From the NCBI GenBank assembly GCA_036012755.1, contig DASCPX010000179.1:64001-128000 (forward strand): 64,000 bases of DNA, in the 5' to 3' direction. Every line of letters starts with the position of its first letter. Position 1 is the first letter of the stretch. Made by a program: the position numbers and the translations under genes. A model generated the notes under the pieces. It saw only the letters and a list, made by a program, of their open reading frames with translations. It was not told where the DNA came from and ran no database searches. Shown here one piece after another: positions 9,656 to 19,575 of this stretch. This DNA comes from Myxococcota bacterium (GTDB lineage Bacteria; Myxococcota_A; UBA796; CAJQPC01).

Positions 9656-11560
9656 ATGCCCAACTTCTACGACGACAACGCAGACCTCCGCTGGTACGTG
9701 CAGACCGGCATCGACTGGGAACCCATCGTCAGGTTCACCGAGTACGACTACAGGGCCGAAGACGGCTTCGAAGACGCCGAGAGCGCCCTCGAGTTCTACC
9801 GGGACATCCTCTCCCTCGTCGGCGAGTTCACCGCAGAGGCCATCGACCCGCGCTGGGCCGAGCTCGACCGCGCGCACCCCCGGGTCGAGGACGGCGAGGT
9901 CATCGAGGCCGAGGTCGTCCACGAGATCATGGAGAGCCTCAAGGAGCTCGAGATCCACGGCCTCTGCCTCCCCCGCGAGCTCGGCGGCATGAACGCGCCG
10001 CTGTTGCTCCTGCAGATGAACAACGAGATGTTCGCGCGGGCCGACGTGTCGATCTGCACCCACGTCGGCTTCCACGGCGGCATGGCCCTGGCGGCCCTGA
10101 TGTACTCGGTGCGAGAGGGCACGACCGAGTTCCAGTCGGACCCGCCGCGCATCACGAAGACCCGCTTCGCAGATGCCATCCGCGAGCTCTCCAGCGGAGA
10201 GGCCTGGGGCTCCATGGACATCACGGAGCCCGGCGCCGGCTCCGACATGGCGGCCTTGCGCTGCCGGGGAGACCTCGACGAAGAGGGCAACTGGACCGTC
10301 ACCGGCCAGAAGATCTTCATCACCTCTGGCCACGGCAAGTGGCACTTCGTCATCGCGCGGACCGAAGAGACCGACGACAGCGACTCCTTCGCGGGCCTCA
10401 AGGGCCTGTCGATGTTCCTCGTGCCCGCCTTCGAGATCATCGACGGACAGAAGAAGTGGCTGGCGACGATCGACGGCTGCGAAGACAAGCTCGGTCACGA
10501 CGCCTCGGCCACCGTCAGCATCAGCTTCGAGGGCACCCCCGCCCACCTCATCGGCGAGCGCGGCGAGGGCTTCAAGCAGATGCTGATGCTCATGAACGGC
10601 GCCCGCGTCGGCGTGGGCTTCGAGGCCCTCGGCCCGATGGAGGCCGCCTACAGGGCAGCGAAGGCCTACGCCTCCGAGCGCCCGAGCATGGGCAAGACCA
10701 TCGACCAGCACGAGATGATCGCGGACTTCCTCGAAGAGATGAGGACGGACATCCAGGCCACCCGAGCCATCGCCATGGACGCCGCCTGGCACGACGAGCT
10801 CTCCCAGAAGATGCGCATCGCCTCCGAGCGCATGGATCTGAGCGAGGACGAGCTGGACGAGCTGGACAGAAAGCGCAAGCACTACGAGCGCCGGACACGG
10901 CACCTCACGCCCCTGTTGAAGTGGTTCGCCGGCGAGAAGGTCGTGGAGATCTCGCGCCGCTCCATCCAGATCCACGGGGGCAGCGGCTACATCAAGGAGT
11001 ACCGCGTCGAGAAGCTGCTGAGAGACGCCATGGTCTTCCCGATCTACGAGGGAACCAGCCAGATCCAGGCCCTGATGGCCATGAAGGACAACCTCCTCGG
11101 CGCGGTGAAGAACCCCAAGCGCTTCGTGCGCGACACGGCCCGAGCCCGCTGGAGGAGCCTCTCGGCACAGGACCCGCTGGAGCGCCGGGCGGCCGGGCTG
11201 CGCCTGCTCGCACAGCAGACCATCCAGTTCCTCCTGACCCGACTGACCGCGGCCAAGCTCGGCGAGCTCCGCCAGCACGCCCTCGGGGAGTGGTCATCCG
11301 TGATGCAGCAGTGGGACCCCAAGCGCGACTTCGCCCTGGCGATGCTTCACGCCGAGCGCCTCTGCAGCATCCTCACGGACGCCGCCGTCGCCGAGACCAT
11401 CTTCGAGCAGACCAAGAAGGACGAGAGTCGCCGGGAGCTCCTGGAGCGCTGGCTGGAGCGGGCAGAGCCGAGGGGCCGCTACCACCACGACGTCATCACG
11501 ACGACGGGCCCCAGGCTGCTGTCGATCCTCGCCGAACCGGCCCAAAAAGCAGCCAAGTGA
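9656..11560 (+). CDS. Acyl-CoA dehydrogenase (long, FadE5-like)
   Basis: MDITEPGAGSD, GQKIFIT, GLSMFLVP, EDKLGH, IQIHGG.GY..EY, IYEGTSQIQ. Confidence 0.92.
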   Translation: MPNFYDDNADLRWYVQTGIDWEPIVRFTEYDYRAEDGFEDAESALEFYRDILSLVGEFTAEAIDPRWAELDRAHPRVEDGEVIEAEVVHEIMESLKELEIHGLCLPRELGGMNAPLLLLQMNNEMFARADVSICTHVGFHGGMALAALMYSVREGTTEFQSDPPRITKTRFADAIRELSSGEAWGSMDITEPGAGSDMAALRCRGDLDEEGNWTVTGQKIFITSGHGKWHFVIARTEETDDSDSFAGLKGLSMFLVPAFEIIDGQKKWLATIDGCEDKLGHDASATVSISFEGTPAHLIGERGEGFKQMLMLMNGARVGVGFEALGPMEAAYRAAKAYASERPSMGKTIDQHEMIADFLEEMRTDIQATRAIAMDAAWHDELSQKMRIASERMDLSEDELDELDRKRKHYERRTRHLTPLLKWFAGEKVVEISRRSIQIHGGSGYIKEYRVEKLLRDAMVFPIYEGTSQIQALMAMKDNLLGAVKNPKRFVRDTARARWRSLSAQDPLERRAAGLRLLAQQTIQFLLTRLTAAKLGELRQHALGEWSSVMQQWDPKRDFALAMLHAERLCSILTDAAVAETIFEQTKKDESRRELLERWLERAEPRGRYHHDVITTTGPRLLSILAEPAQKAAK

Positions 11561-11570
11561 GGCCAGCCTG

Positions 11571-12425
11571 ATGCACCTCCTCCACCAACGACGGAACATC
11601 GTCTCCACCCTGCGCCTCGTCGGAGCCGGCGTCGGAGCCGGGTTCTCGGAGCTGCCTGGCCCCGAGACCATCGACCACATCGCGCCGCGCCCAGCTTCCC
11701 TCGTCGACGACTACGTCCGCGCGGTGGGCGGCTCGCCGAAGGCCTGGAAGGGCCAGCTGCCCCCTCACATGTTCCCCCAGTGGGCATGGCCTGCCCTGAC
11801 ACAAGCGCTCGAGGGCATCCCCTACGACCTCAAGAGCGTGGTGAACGCCGGCTGCTCCTGGACCGTGAGGGGTCCGATCCCCAGCGACGAGCTGCTGCAG
11901 TGCGTGGCTCGGGTGGAGTCGATCGAAGAGGACGAGAGCAAGGCGCTGGTCCGCCTCTCCGCCATCACCGGACCGGCCACCCAGGATGACGCCCTGGAGG
12001 CCACGCTCACGGCCTTCATCCCTCGCAAAAAGGCAGGCGGCAGCAAGAAGAAGTCATCGAACCGGGTCCGCGTACCGCTGGGCGCCCGACCGATCTTCGA
12101 GCGCCGCCTGAAGCCCGAGCTCGGCAGGCGCTTCGCCGCCCTGACCGGGGACCCGAACCCCATCCACTGGCTCGCCCCCTATGCCCGCATGGCCGGCTTC
12201 AAGGGGCCGATACTCCACGGCTTCTGCACGGCGGCCATCGCCGCAGAGGCCTTGATCGCCAACCGCTACGCGGGCGACGTCCACAAGCTCAAGAGCTTCT
12301 CGGCCCGCTTCACCCGCCCCGTCCGCCTCCCCTCTCGCATCCGCGTGTTCGTCCACGGGTCCGACATCTACGTCGGCTCCCAGCCCGGCGGCCCCGCTCT
12401 GCTCACAGGAGCCTTCAATGGCTGA
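11571..12425 (+). CDS. MaoC-like double hot-dog dehydratase (HtdX-like)
   Basis: FAALTGDPNPIH....A...GF..PILHG, FTRPV.LP. Confidence 0.85.
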   Translation: MHLLHQRRNIVSTLRLVGAGVGAGFSELPGPETIDHIAPRPASLVDDYVRAVGGSPKAWKGQLPPHMFPQWAWPALTQALEGIPYDLKSVVNAGCSWTVRGPIPSDELLQCVARVESIEEDESKALVRLSAITGPATQDDALEATLTAFIPRKKAGGSKKKSSNRVRVPLGARPIFERRLKPELGRRFAALTGDPNPIHWLAPYARMAGFKGPILHGFCTAAIAAEALIANRYAGDVHKLKSFSARFTRPVRLPSRIRVFVHGSDIYVGSQPGGPALLTGAFNG

Positions 12426-13821
12426 TCGCCTGGTCTCCCTCTCGGCGAACCCGACCGCCCGCAAGCTCGTCGGCGCGCTCGGTGTCTCGCTTCCCCCCGT
12501 CCTCGCCCGCGACCTCGAGCCCTGGAAGGAGCGGCCGCTGTCGGACAAGAAGGTCCGCGTGCTCATCGCTGATGGCGGCGAGCTCGTCGAGGTCCTCGCC
12601 CACACCGTCGCCCGCGCCGGTGCCGAGCCCGCGGTGGTCGGACAGCTGGAGCCCTTCGTCGAGGCCGGAGAGGCCTGGGGCCGCCCCCCTCACGCCCTGG
12701 CAGAAGACGAGCCCGGGGCCGACGTCGTCCTGCTCGATGCCACCGGCATCCGCAGCGTTGCCGGCCTCGCCCAGCTCCACACGCTGCTTCAGGCCAATCT
12801 GAAGGGCCTGCGGAAGAGCGCCCGCGTCATCGTGCTCGGCCGGCCCCACGTGGGCCTAGAGAGCGTAGAGGCGAGCGCGGCACAGCGGGCCCTGGAGGGC
12901 TTCGCCCGCAGCCTCGCCAAGGAGGTCGGCCGCAAGGGCGCAACCGCCAACTACGTGGCCGTGAAGTCCGGGGCAGAGGACCGCGTCGAGGCCCTGATCC
13001 GCTGGCTCGCCTCGCCTCGGAGCGTTTACGTCAGCGGCCAGGCCTTCGTGGTCAGCAAGACGGTGCGCAGGGCCCAGCTCGAGGCCGTCCGCCCGCTCGA
13101 CGGCAAGGTCGCGGTGGTGACCGGCTCGGCTCGGGGCATCGGTGCCGCCACCGCCAAGGCGATGGCCCGCGAGGGCGCCAAGGTCGTCGTACTCGACCAC
13201 CCCTCCGCCGACACCCAGGCTGCAGAGGTGGCCGCGGCTGTCGGGGGCAAGCCGCTGCTGTTGGACGTCACGGACGAGGACGCTGGCGAGCGCATCGTGG
13301 CCTTCTGCAAGGAGCACTTCGGCGGCATCGACGTCGTGGTCCACAACGCGGGCGTGACTCGGGACAAGACCCTTGGCCGGATGAAGAGGGAGCAGTGGGA
13401 CCTGGTCCTGGACGTGAACCTCGCGGCCATCCTGCGCATGAACGAGGCCATCGTGCCCGCCCTGGGCAAGGACGCCCGCATCGTGCTCCTGTCCTCGATC
13501 GCCGGCATCGGCGGCAACGTCGGCCAGACCAACTACGCCACCAGCAAGGCCGGGGTCATCGGCCTCACCGAGACCCTCGCCCCCCGCCTGGCTCGCAGGG
13601 GCATCGCGGTGAACGCCGTGGCGCCAGGCTTCATCGAGACCCGGCTCACAGCGGCCATCCCGGTGGCAACTCGCGAGGTGGCCCGGCGGCTCGCGAACCT
13701 CTCGCAGGGGGGCCTCCCCGCCGACGTCGCAGAGCTGGTCGTGTTCCTCTCCAGCCCCGGCGCCTGCGCGATGTCCGGGCAGCTCGTCCGCGTCTGCGGC
13801 GGCAACCTCATGGGAGCCTGA
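12418..13821 (+). CDS. fabG: High-molecular-weight 3-oxoacyl reductase (FabG4-like)
   Basis: N-terminal flavodoxin-like part (ALEGFARSLAKEV) plus SDR: TGSARGIG, HNAGVTRDK, GQTNYATSK. Confidence 0.88.
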   Translation: MADRLVSLSANPTARKLVGALGVSLPPVLARDLEPWKERPLSDKKVRVLIADGGELVEVLAHTVARAGAEPAVVGQLEPFVEAGEAWGRPPHALAEDEPGADVVLLDATGIRSVAGLAQLHTLLQANLKGLRKSARVIVLGRPHVGLESVEASAAQRALEGFARSLAKEVGRKGATANYVAVKSGAEDRVEALIRWLASPRSVYVSGQAFVVSKTVRRAQLEAVRPLDGKVAVVTGSARGIGAATAKAMAREGAKVVVLDHPSADTQAAEVAAAVGGKPLLLDVTDEDAGERIVAFCKEHFGGIDVVVHNAGVTRDKTLGRMKREQWDLVLDVNLAAILRMNEAIVPALGKDARIVLLSSIAGIGGNVGQTNYATSKAGVIGLTETLAPRLARRGIAVNAVAPGFIETRLTAAIPVATREVARRLANLSQGGLPADVAELVVFLSSPGACAMSGQLVRVCGGNLMGA

Positions 13822-13822
13822 G

Positions 13823-15100
13823 ATGAGCAGAGCCGTCGTCATCGGGGGCGCGCGAACCCCCTTCGTCCGCGCCTTCGCCGAGTACACCCAGATGGACACC
13901 ATCGACCTCGGAGTCCACGCGGTCCGAGGCGCGCTGGAGCGCAGCGGCATCGCCTATGGCGAGATCGACGCCATCGTCTGGGGTGGGGTCATCCTGCCCC
14001 CGACCGCGCCGAACGTGGGCCGCGAGATCGCCCTGGACCTGGGGCTGCCCCCAGAGGTCGAGGCCTTCACCCTGACCCGGGCCTGCGCCTCGTCGCTGCA
14101 GGCCATCACCACCGCCGTCGCCAAGATCGAGCGCGGCGAGGCCGACGTGATCATCGCCGGCGGCTCCGACAGCACCTCCAACGCGGTGCTGCCGATGCCC
14201 GCGAGCTTCGTGAGGAAGGTCGCCCCGGTCGCGATGAACAAGCGCAGCGGGTTCTCCGACTACCTCGGCCTGCTCACGAAGCTGTCGCTCAAGGACATCG
14301 TGCCCAAGCAGCCCAAGGTCGCCGAGCGCAGCACCGGCGAGGTCATGGGCGAGGCCGCGGAGAAGATGGCGCGCAGAAACGGCGTGACCCGCGAAGAGCA
14401 GGACGAGCTCACGGTCCGCAGCCACCACCGGGCCGCCGCGGCGATGGAGTCAGGCCGCTTCGACGACGAGGTCGTCCCAGTGACCCCTCCGCGCAAGGAG
14501 ACCGTCTACCGGGACACCATCGTGCGCGCCGACACCAGCATGGAGAAGCTGGCCAAGCTGCGGCCCGTGTTCGCGAAGGACGGCACGCTGACCGCTGGCA
14601 ACTCCTCCTCCCTGACCGACGGCGCCGCCTGCGTCATCCTCTGCTCCGAGGAAAAGGCGAGGGAGCTCGGGCTGGCGCCAAAGGCCAGCTTCAAGAGCTG
14701 GGCGTATGTGGGCGTGGACCCCGCCGACCAGCTGCTGATGGGCCCCGCCCTGGCGATGCCCAAGGCGCTGGACCGGGCAGGGCTGACCCTCGGCGAGGTG
14801 GACCTCGTGGACATGCACGAGGCCTTCGCGGGACAGGTGCTCTCCATCCTCAAGATGCTGGCCTCGGCGAGCTTCGCCCAGGAACGCCTCGCAAGGCAGG
14901 GACCGGTCGGCGACGTCGACCCGGAGAAGCTCAACGTCCACGGCGGCAGCGTGGCTCTTGGCCACCCCTTCGGCGCGACCGGAGCGCGCATGGTGCTGAC
15001 GATGGCGAACGAGCTGGAGTCGACCCAGGCAAAGACCGCGCTCTTGGGCATCTGTGCCGCCGGAGGCCTGGGCGCCGCGGCGGTGATGGAGGCCTGCTAG
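13823..15100 (+). CDS. Acetyl-CoA C-acyltransferase (thiolase, FadI/FadA2-like)
   Basis: RTPF, RACASS, TAGNSS.LTDGA, HEAFA, NVHGGS.A.GHPFGATG, CAAGG.G. Confidence 0.92.
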   Translation: MSRAVVIGGARTPFVRAFAEYTQMDTIDLGVHAVRGALERSGIAYGEIDAIVWGGVILPPTAPNVGREIALDLGLPPEVEAFTLTRACASSLQAITTAVAKIERGEADVIIAGGSDSTSNAVLPMPASFVRKVAPVAMNKRSGFSDYLGLLTKLSLKDIVPKQPKVAERSTGEVMGEAAEKMARRNGVTREEQDELTVRSHHRAAAAMESGRFDDEVVPVTPPRKETVYRDTIVRADTSMEKLAKLRPVFAKDGTLTAGNSSSLTDGAACVILCSEEKARELGLAPKASFKSWAYVGVDPADQLLMGPALAMPKALDRAGLTLGEVDLVDMHEAFAGQVLSILKMLASASFAQERLARQGPVGDVDPEKLNVHGGSVALGHPFGATGARMVLTMANELESTQAKTALLGICAAGGLGAAAVMEAC

Positions 15101-15172
15101 AGTCGCCGCATCGGACGACACTGGCTGATCGCTGTCTTCGCTGGGCTGGCCCTGGTCGTCCTGGGGCTGGCG

Positions 15173-17008
15173 ATGGTGGCCGCCAACCCTCTCTGGTTCC
15201 TCGACAACGAGGAGCTGGTCAACCCCACGGTCGGGCGAGAGCTGCTGGCCGGCAACGGCGCCCTGTTGTTGCAGATGCAGCACAACCCCCACTGCGGGGG
15301 CTGCACGGTAATGGCGCTCGGCGGCGCCGCGAGCTTCCAGCTGGCCGGCGAGTCCTTCCTCGCGTGGAAGGCCATCCCGGCGCTCTGGAGCGCGGCGACG
15401 ATGCTGGTCGGCTTCGCCCTGCTGCGAGCGGGGGGCTGGCGGCTGGGGGCCTGGGCCTGGTTGGTGCTCTTCATCGGACTGCCGGCGGCCCTGTTCCAGA
15501 CCCTGCTCATGGGCTGGGGCAACCACGCTGAGGTCGTCCTGTTCGTGCTGCTGCAGGGCCTCGTCGCGCTGAAGGCCGAGCGGCCGCCAGGCTGGGTGCT
15601 CCTGGGTGCGGTGGCCGGTGTCGGGGCCTGGTTCTGCCTGGGTTCGATCTTCGCCCTGCCGGCGATCCTCCTCGTGCTGCGGCCATGGAAGCGACTTCCG
15701 CTGGTCGGGCTGGGCTTGGTGCTGGGTGCGCTGCCCCTGGGTGTCTTCATGCTGGATGTGGACGCCGACCCCTTCCTGCTCTTCCGCATGACCCCTCGGG
15801 GAGACCCGGGCACGCTCCTCGGCAAGCTCGGCGAGGCCACGCTGTTCGGAGTCGACGACCTCCACTTCGTCCCCGAGCAGGCCTGGCCGGCGGCGCTCGG
15901 GGTCCTCTCGGTGGGGGCCACGTGGCTGCTGGCGGCGCGCGCCCTGAAGGACCCGAAGACCCGCATCCTCGCAGCCCTCTATGGCGCCTCCGTGCTGCTC
16001 TACGTGCTGTCCTCGTTCCACATCGGCGTGGTCGAGGGTGAGCCCCCGCGCCCGGTGGACCTGCGCTACCTGATGTCAGCAGCCCTGCTGTTGTCGCTGA
16101 TGGCCGCGGCCGGGGCCGACCAGCTGCTCAGAGACCGGCGCTGGCTCCCGGTGGCGATCGCGCTGGTGTGCGTGGCGGCTGGACCGGGGCTCGCCGCCCG
16201 CGCTGCCTGGCTCGCCTACGAGGCCCCCGCCGACAGCCCCAGCGCCTCCGATCTGCGGCCCACCATCTACAAGATCGTCGTCCGGGACCTCGCCCACGAT
16301 CGGCCGCCAGAGGTCCTCGACCGGGTCGCCCCGGAGGAGTGGGTCTCCCGGGTGAACCACCACCGCATCCGGGGCATGCAGGTGGCGAGGCGGCTTGCCT
16401 ACGAGGACGATGTCCGGGGTGTCCTCGACGAGGTCCGCGCTCACCCCGAGCCCGAGCTCCTCATGAGCGGCGTCGGGCGGGAGATCCCCTTCCTGCTCGA
16501 GCTCGGACGCCAGGAGGGAGAGCCCACCGCCCGGCGCGTCGCAGCGCTGTTGAGCCGAGCGAGCCCGGCCGAGCGCGAGCTCATGGCAGCGGAGGTCCTC
16601 GTCACCCGCGCCTCGCTGTTGCAGCTCTTCGAGCTCCCCCACCCGGAGAGCTCCGCAGAGGTGGAGGCCCTGCTGCTCTCTGGCCCGCTGGCTGTCGGCG
16701 ACTGCGCCCTCTGCGCGGGCCTGGGCCGGGATCTCGTGCGCTTCCGCCCCTCTGAGCAGGTGACCGGGGTCGGCGAGCTCTTCGCGGGCGGCGAGGCGAT
16801 GCTGCCCGATGCCTGGCGGGGGGTGCTCATCGAAGGAGCCGGCCTGGCCTATGGGCAGGAATACGGTCACCTCGGCGAGGAGCTCGAGCTGGTCGCGCGG
16901 CTGTCGATCGATGACCGCGCAGCCTTCCAGCGAGGCTACGACCTGGGCAGGGCCAGGGCATGGCGGGTGGCGGTCGCAGAGGACGAAGGCCCCAGCTGGG
17001 TGCCCTAG
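15173..17008 (+). CDS. Polytopic membrane protein, GT-C glycosyltransferase-like; true start probably upstream (~15110-15125, non-canonical)
   Basis: Many TM segments, acidic DNEE loop after the first TM. An in-frame hydrophobic stretch precedes the ATG. Confidence 0.55.
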   Translation: MVAANPLWFLDNEELVNPTVGRELLAGNGALLLQMQHNPHCGGCTVMALGGAASFQLAGESFLAWKAIPALWSAATMLVGFALLRAGGWRLGAWAWLVLFIGLPAALFQTLLMGWGNHAEVVLFVLLQGLVALKAERPPGWVLLGAVAGVGAWFCLGSIFALPAILLVLRPWKRLPLVGLGLVLGALPLGVFMLDVDADPFLLFRMTPRGDPGTLLGKLGEATLFGVDDLHFVPEQAWPAALGVLSVGATWLLAARALKDPKTRILAALYGASVLLYVLSSFHIGVVEGEPPRPVDLRYLMSAALLLSLMAAAGADQLLRDRRWLPVAIALVCVAAGPGLAARAAWLAYEAPADSPSASDLRPTIYKIVVRDLAHDRPPEVLDRVAPEEWVSRVNHHRIRGMQVARRLAYEDDVRGVLDEVRAHPEPELLMSGVGREIPFLLELGRQEGEPTARRVAALLSRASPAERELMAAEVLVTRASLLQLFELPHPESSAEVEALLLSGPLAVGDCALCAGLGRDLVRFRPSEQVTGVGELFAGGEAMLPDAWRGVLIEGAGLAYGQEYGHLGEELELVARLSIDDRAAFQRGYDLGRARAWRVAVAEDEGPSWVP

Positions 17009-17034
17009 CGCCTCCTCGGCGTAGACTCCGCCCC

Positions 17035-17352
17035 GTGGACAAGACGTGGCCGTTGTGGACCCTCGCGCTGCTGTTCTCCGGCTCCTGCGGCTCCTCTGTC
17101 GACTGCTCGGAGGAGCCGGATCGCTGCCTGCTCGAGGCCATCCGGGCCGAGACCACCGTGGAGAAGGTGGAGGAGCTCGCTGGCGACATCCAGGATCCGC
17201 TCATCCGCGGCCTGGCCGTCTCTGAGTGGGTCGAGCTGCACGCCGGCGAGCTCACCAATGAAGAAGCGCTGAGGCTCTGCGAGCACCTCTCCGGCGTCGA
17301 CCGCGGGATGTGCATGCGCCCCTACACGACCCCACACCTGCGCGCGCAATGA
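17035..17352 (+). CDS. Small Cys-rich exported hypothetical protein
   Basis: GTG at 17035; hydrophobic N-terminus then Cys; ATGA overlap with the next gene. Confidence 0.55.
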   Translation: MDKTWPLWTLALLFSGSCGSSVDCSEEPDRCLLEAIRAETTVEKVEELAGDIQDPLIRGLAVSEWVELHAGELTNEEALRLCEHLSGVDRGMCMRPYTTPHLRAQ

Positions 17353-17978
17353 CGAGCTTGTGGCTGCTGTGGTCCTGCGGAGGCGAGCCCGAAGAGGTGG
17401 TGTCCGGCCTGGTGGCGCCTGGCTGTTCGGCCTACCAGGCAGACCCCGACGCCCTGGCCTACTGCAACTACCTGGACACGATGGGCGCCTCCGACCTGGC
17501 GGTGGCCGAGCGACAGTGCAGCGCCGCCGGGGTGTGGGAACAGAGGTGCAGATCCGCCTGGATCTCGGGACACGCGGAGCGGGTGGACCGGGACGCGGCG
17601 CTGGCCTTCTGTTCCGACGAGTCCTGCCGCTTCGACGTGATCGACCGCCACCTCGACCCCGACATCCACGGCCAGATCGCCCTCTGCACCGAGCACACCC
17701 CCACCTACAGGCTCGCCTGCATCGACCACGCCCTCATCGCCTGGTCCCAGAGCGCTCCCTCGCAGGAGGCGATGGCGGAGCTCGCGGCCCTGCCGGACAT
17801 GGACCCCCGCCGGGTCGGAATGGCGCTCGGCGAGGTGGTGCTGTGCGTCGAGGGCCGGGAGTGCACGGGCGACGGCGGCGTGCTGGCCGGATGCGAGGAG
17901 GTCGTTCGCCGAGACGACCGCGGGATCTGTGAGGGCGCGATCCCGAACGCCCCGGGACTCAGTCCGGGCGGACACTGA
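17349..17978 (+). CDS. Cys-rich putative lipoprotein
   Basis: MTSLWLLWSC start; regularly spaced Cys pairs. Confidence 0.6.
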   Translation: MTSLWLLWSCGGEPEEVVSGLVAPGCSAYQADPDALAYCNYLDTMGASDLAVAERQCSAAGVWEQRCRSAWISGHAERVDRDAALAFCSDESCRFDVIDRHLDPDIHGQIALCTEHTPTYRLACIDHALIAWSQSAPSQEAMAELAALPDMDPRRVGMALGEVVLCVEGRECTGDGGVLAGCEEVVRRDDRGICEGAIPNAPGLSPGGH

Positions 17979-17987
17979 GCCGGTCTC

Positions 17988-19553
17988 TCAGTTCCTCGGC
18001 CGCAGGCGCGCCCAGCTCAACAAGCTGCCGGCGGGTTCCAACCCGCGAGCGGCCTCCTCTGCGAAGAGCTCCTCGCAGGCCTGCACTTCTCGGGTGACCT
18101 GGGACAGCTGCTCACCCCCCTCGAAGAATGCCCTGTGCCACTGGTCCTCGGCCTGGAACAGCATTCGTCCCTCTGCGTGGGGTGAGAGGGCGCTGGGCAA
18201 GGTGCCGGCGACCAGCAGCCAGCACACGGCGGCGATGGCGAGGAGGCGGAGTGGCGCCGCCCAGGGTGGGAGGTAGCGAGTAGCGAGTCCTGGGCGCAGG
18301 CCGTCCAACAACCGCGCTCCGGCGGCGATGCCGACACCGACCAACACGGCGATGGCGATGGTGCCCGTGAGGACGAAGCGGGGGTGGGCCTCGACCGTGT
18401 CCCGGGCGCCCAGGAAGGAGGCGGCGAAGGGTGCCAGGCACAACAGGGCCGCCAGGCGGCGACGGCGACGGAGCAGCAGGAGTGTAGCGACCGCCGTGCC
18501 ACCCAGGCCCAGGTGGAACCAGGGCTCCAGACGGGTCGGGCTGAGCGTGGGCACCGGCAACGGACCCCAGGCCTCTGGCGGGTGGTCGGGCAGCGGGTAG
18601 TCCCGCTGAGCCCACAAGAACGCGAGGGTCTCGGGGATCTCCCAAGGTGGAGAGCGGCCCCAGACGTACTGGTGCTCGGTCACCCAGGGCGGCTCGTAGA
18701 TCTCGTCGCGATGGCCCAGGTCCCAGTAGAGGCGACGGGCATCGACCTCGCCCTCGAGGGGGTAGGACCCGGGTGGATAGGCGAGCCGGCCGAGGGCGAA
18801 GGAGGCCACGAGCGCGGCGACCACGATGCCTAGACGAGCAGGCCAGAGGCGCCTCGGTGCCCAGAGCGCCGCGACGATGACGAGAGCCGTGGCGGTGAGC
18901 CCCCAGACGAGCCCGCGAGTGTCCGCGAGGAAGGCCGCACCCGCACCCGCAGCCCCGCAGATCAGCGCCGCGGTGGTCGACCAGCGCAGGGCGATCGCGG
19001 CCCCGGCGGCGCTGAGCACCAACAGGGCGATCATGAGGGGGTAGAAGTTGACCGTGTGCGTCATCACGACAAAGGACGGCAAGCACCCGGTCAAGACGGC
19101 GGCCGCCACCCCCGCTGCCGGAGAAGCCAGGGAGCGGGCCCATCCGTAGACTCCGGCCACGGCCAGCGAGCACCCGATCCAGGCTCCCACCGTGAGCCCG
19201 TCCAGGGTGCCGAACCAGCCCGCCAACAGCGAGGGTATGGCGCCCACGGTCAGGGACCTGGTCATGTGCCAGCCGGCTTGATCCAGCCCATCCAACGGGG
19301 AGCCGAAGGCGGCCACCGAGGCGCAGTAGTTGGTGAAGTCGTTGCTGGTGTAGGGACCGCCCATGGTGTGCAGCGGCCACAACCAGAAGGCGGTGGCCAA
19401 GGTGACCAGGATCCCCAGACAAAGCGCGAGCGCCACCTCGCGACCGGGTCGCACCTGGTCCGGGCTGCTCTGGGCCGGGGTGAGCAACCACAGCAACACC
19501 GGGACCGCGAGCAGGGTCAGGGGGTGGAACAGGACATCGGCCAGCACGCGCAC
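17988..19553 (-). CDS. Polytopic membrane protein, GT-C glycosyltransferase-like
   Basis: Numerous TM helices, SNDFTNYC loop, late PRF motif. Start codon uncertain (GTG 19553 or 19547). Confidence 0.55.
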   Translation of the reverse strand: MRVLADVLFHPLTLLAVPVLLWLLTPAQSSPDQVRPGREVALALCLGILVTLATAFWLWPLHTMGGPYTSNDFTNYCASVAAFGSPLDGLDQAGWHMTRSLTVGAIPSLLAGWFGTLDGLTVGAWIGCSLAVAGVYGWARSLASPAAGVAAAVLTGCLPSFVVMTHTVNFYPLMIALLVLSAAGAAIALRWSTTAALICGAAGAGAAFLADTRGLVWGLTATALVIVAALWAPRRLWPARLGIVVAALVASFALGRLAYPPGSYPLEGEVDARRLYWDLGHRDEIYEPPWVTEHQYVWGRSPPWEIPETLAFLWAQRDYPLPDHPPEAWGPLPVPTLSPTRLEPWFHLGLGGTAVATLLLLRRRRRLAALLCLAPFAASFLGARDTVEAHPRFVLTGTIAIAVLVGVGIAAGARLLDGLRPGLATRYLPPWAAPLRLLAIAAVCWLLVAGTLPSALSPHAEGRMLFQAEDQWHRAFFEGGEQLSQVTREVQACEELFAEEAARGLEPAGSLLSWARLRPRN

Positions 19554-19575
19554 ATCGTAGGCTGCGGCGGTGTCG

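Noticed and set aside
8966..11278. Long antisense or alternate-frame ORFs (also 18112..20679, 23856..26192, most of 33334..36156, 48922..51681, 60881..62590)
   Set aside because: Shadow ORFs expected from high-GC codon bias; they overlap well-supported genes and lack recognisable motifs.
13823..17008. Thiolase-membrane protein read-through fusion (same frame across TAG 15098-15100)
   Set aside because: The thiolase ends at its normal C-terminus. A coincidental shared frame with a non-canonical start is simpler.
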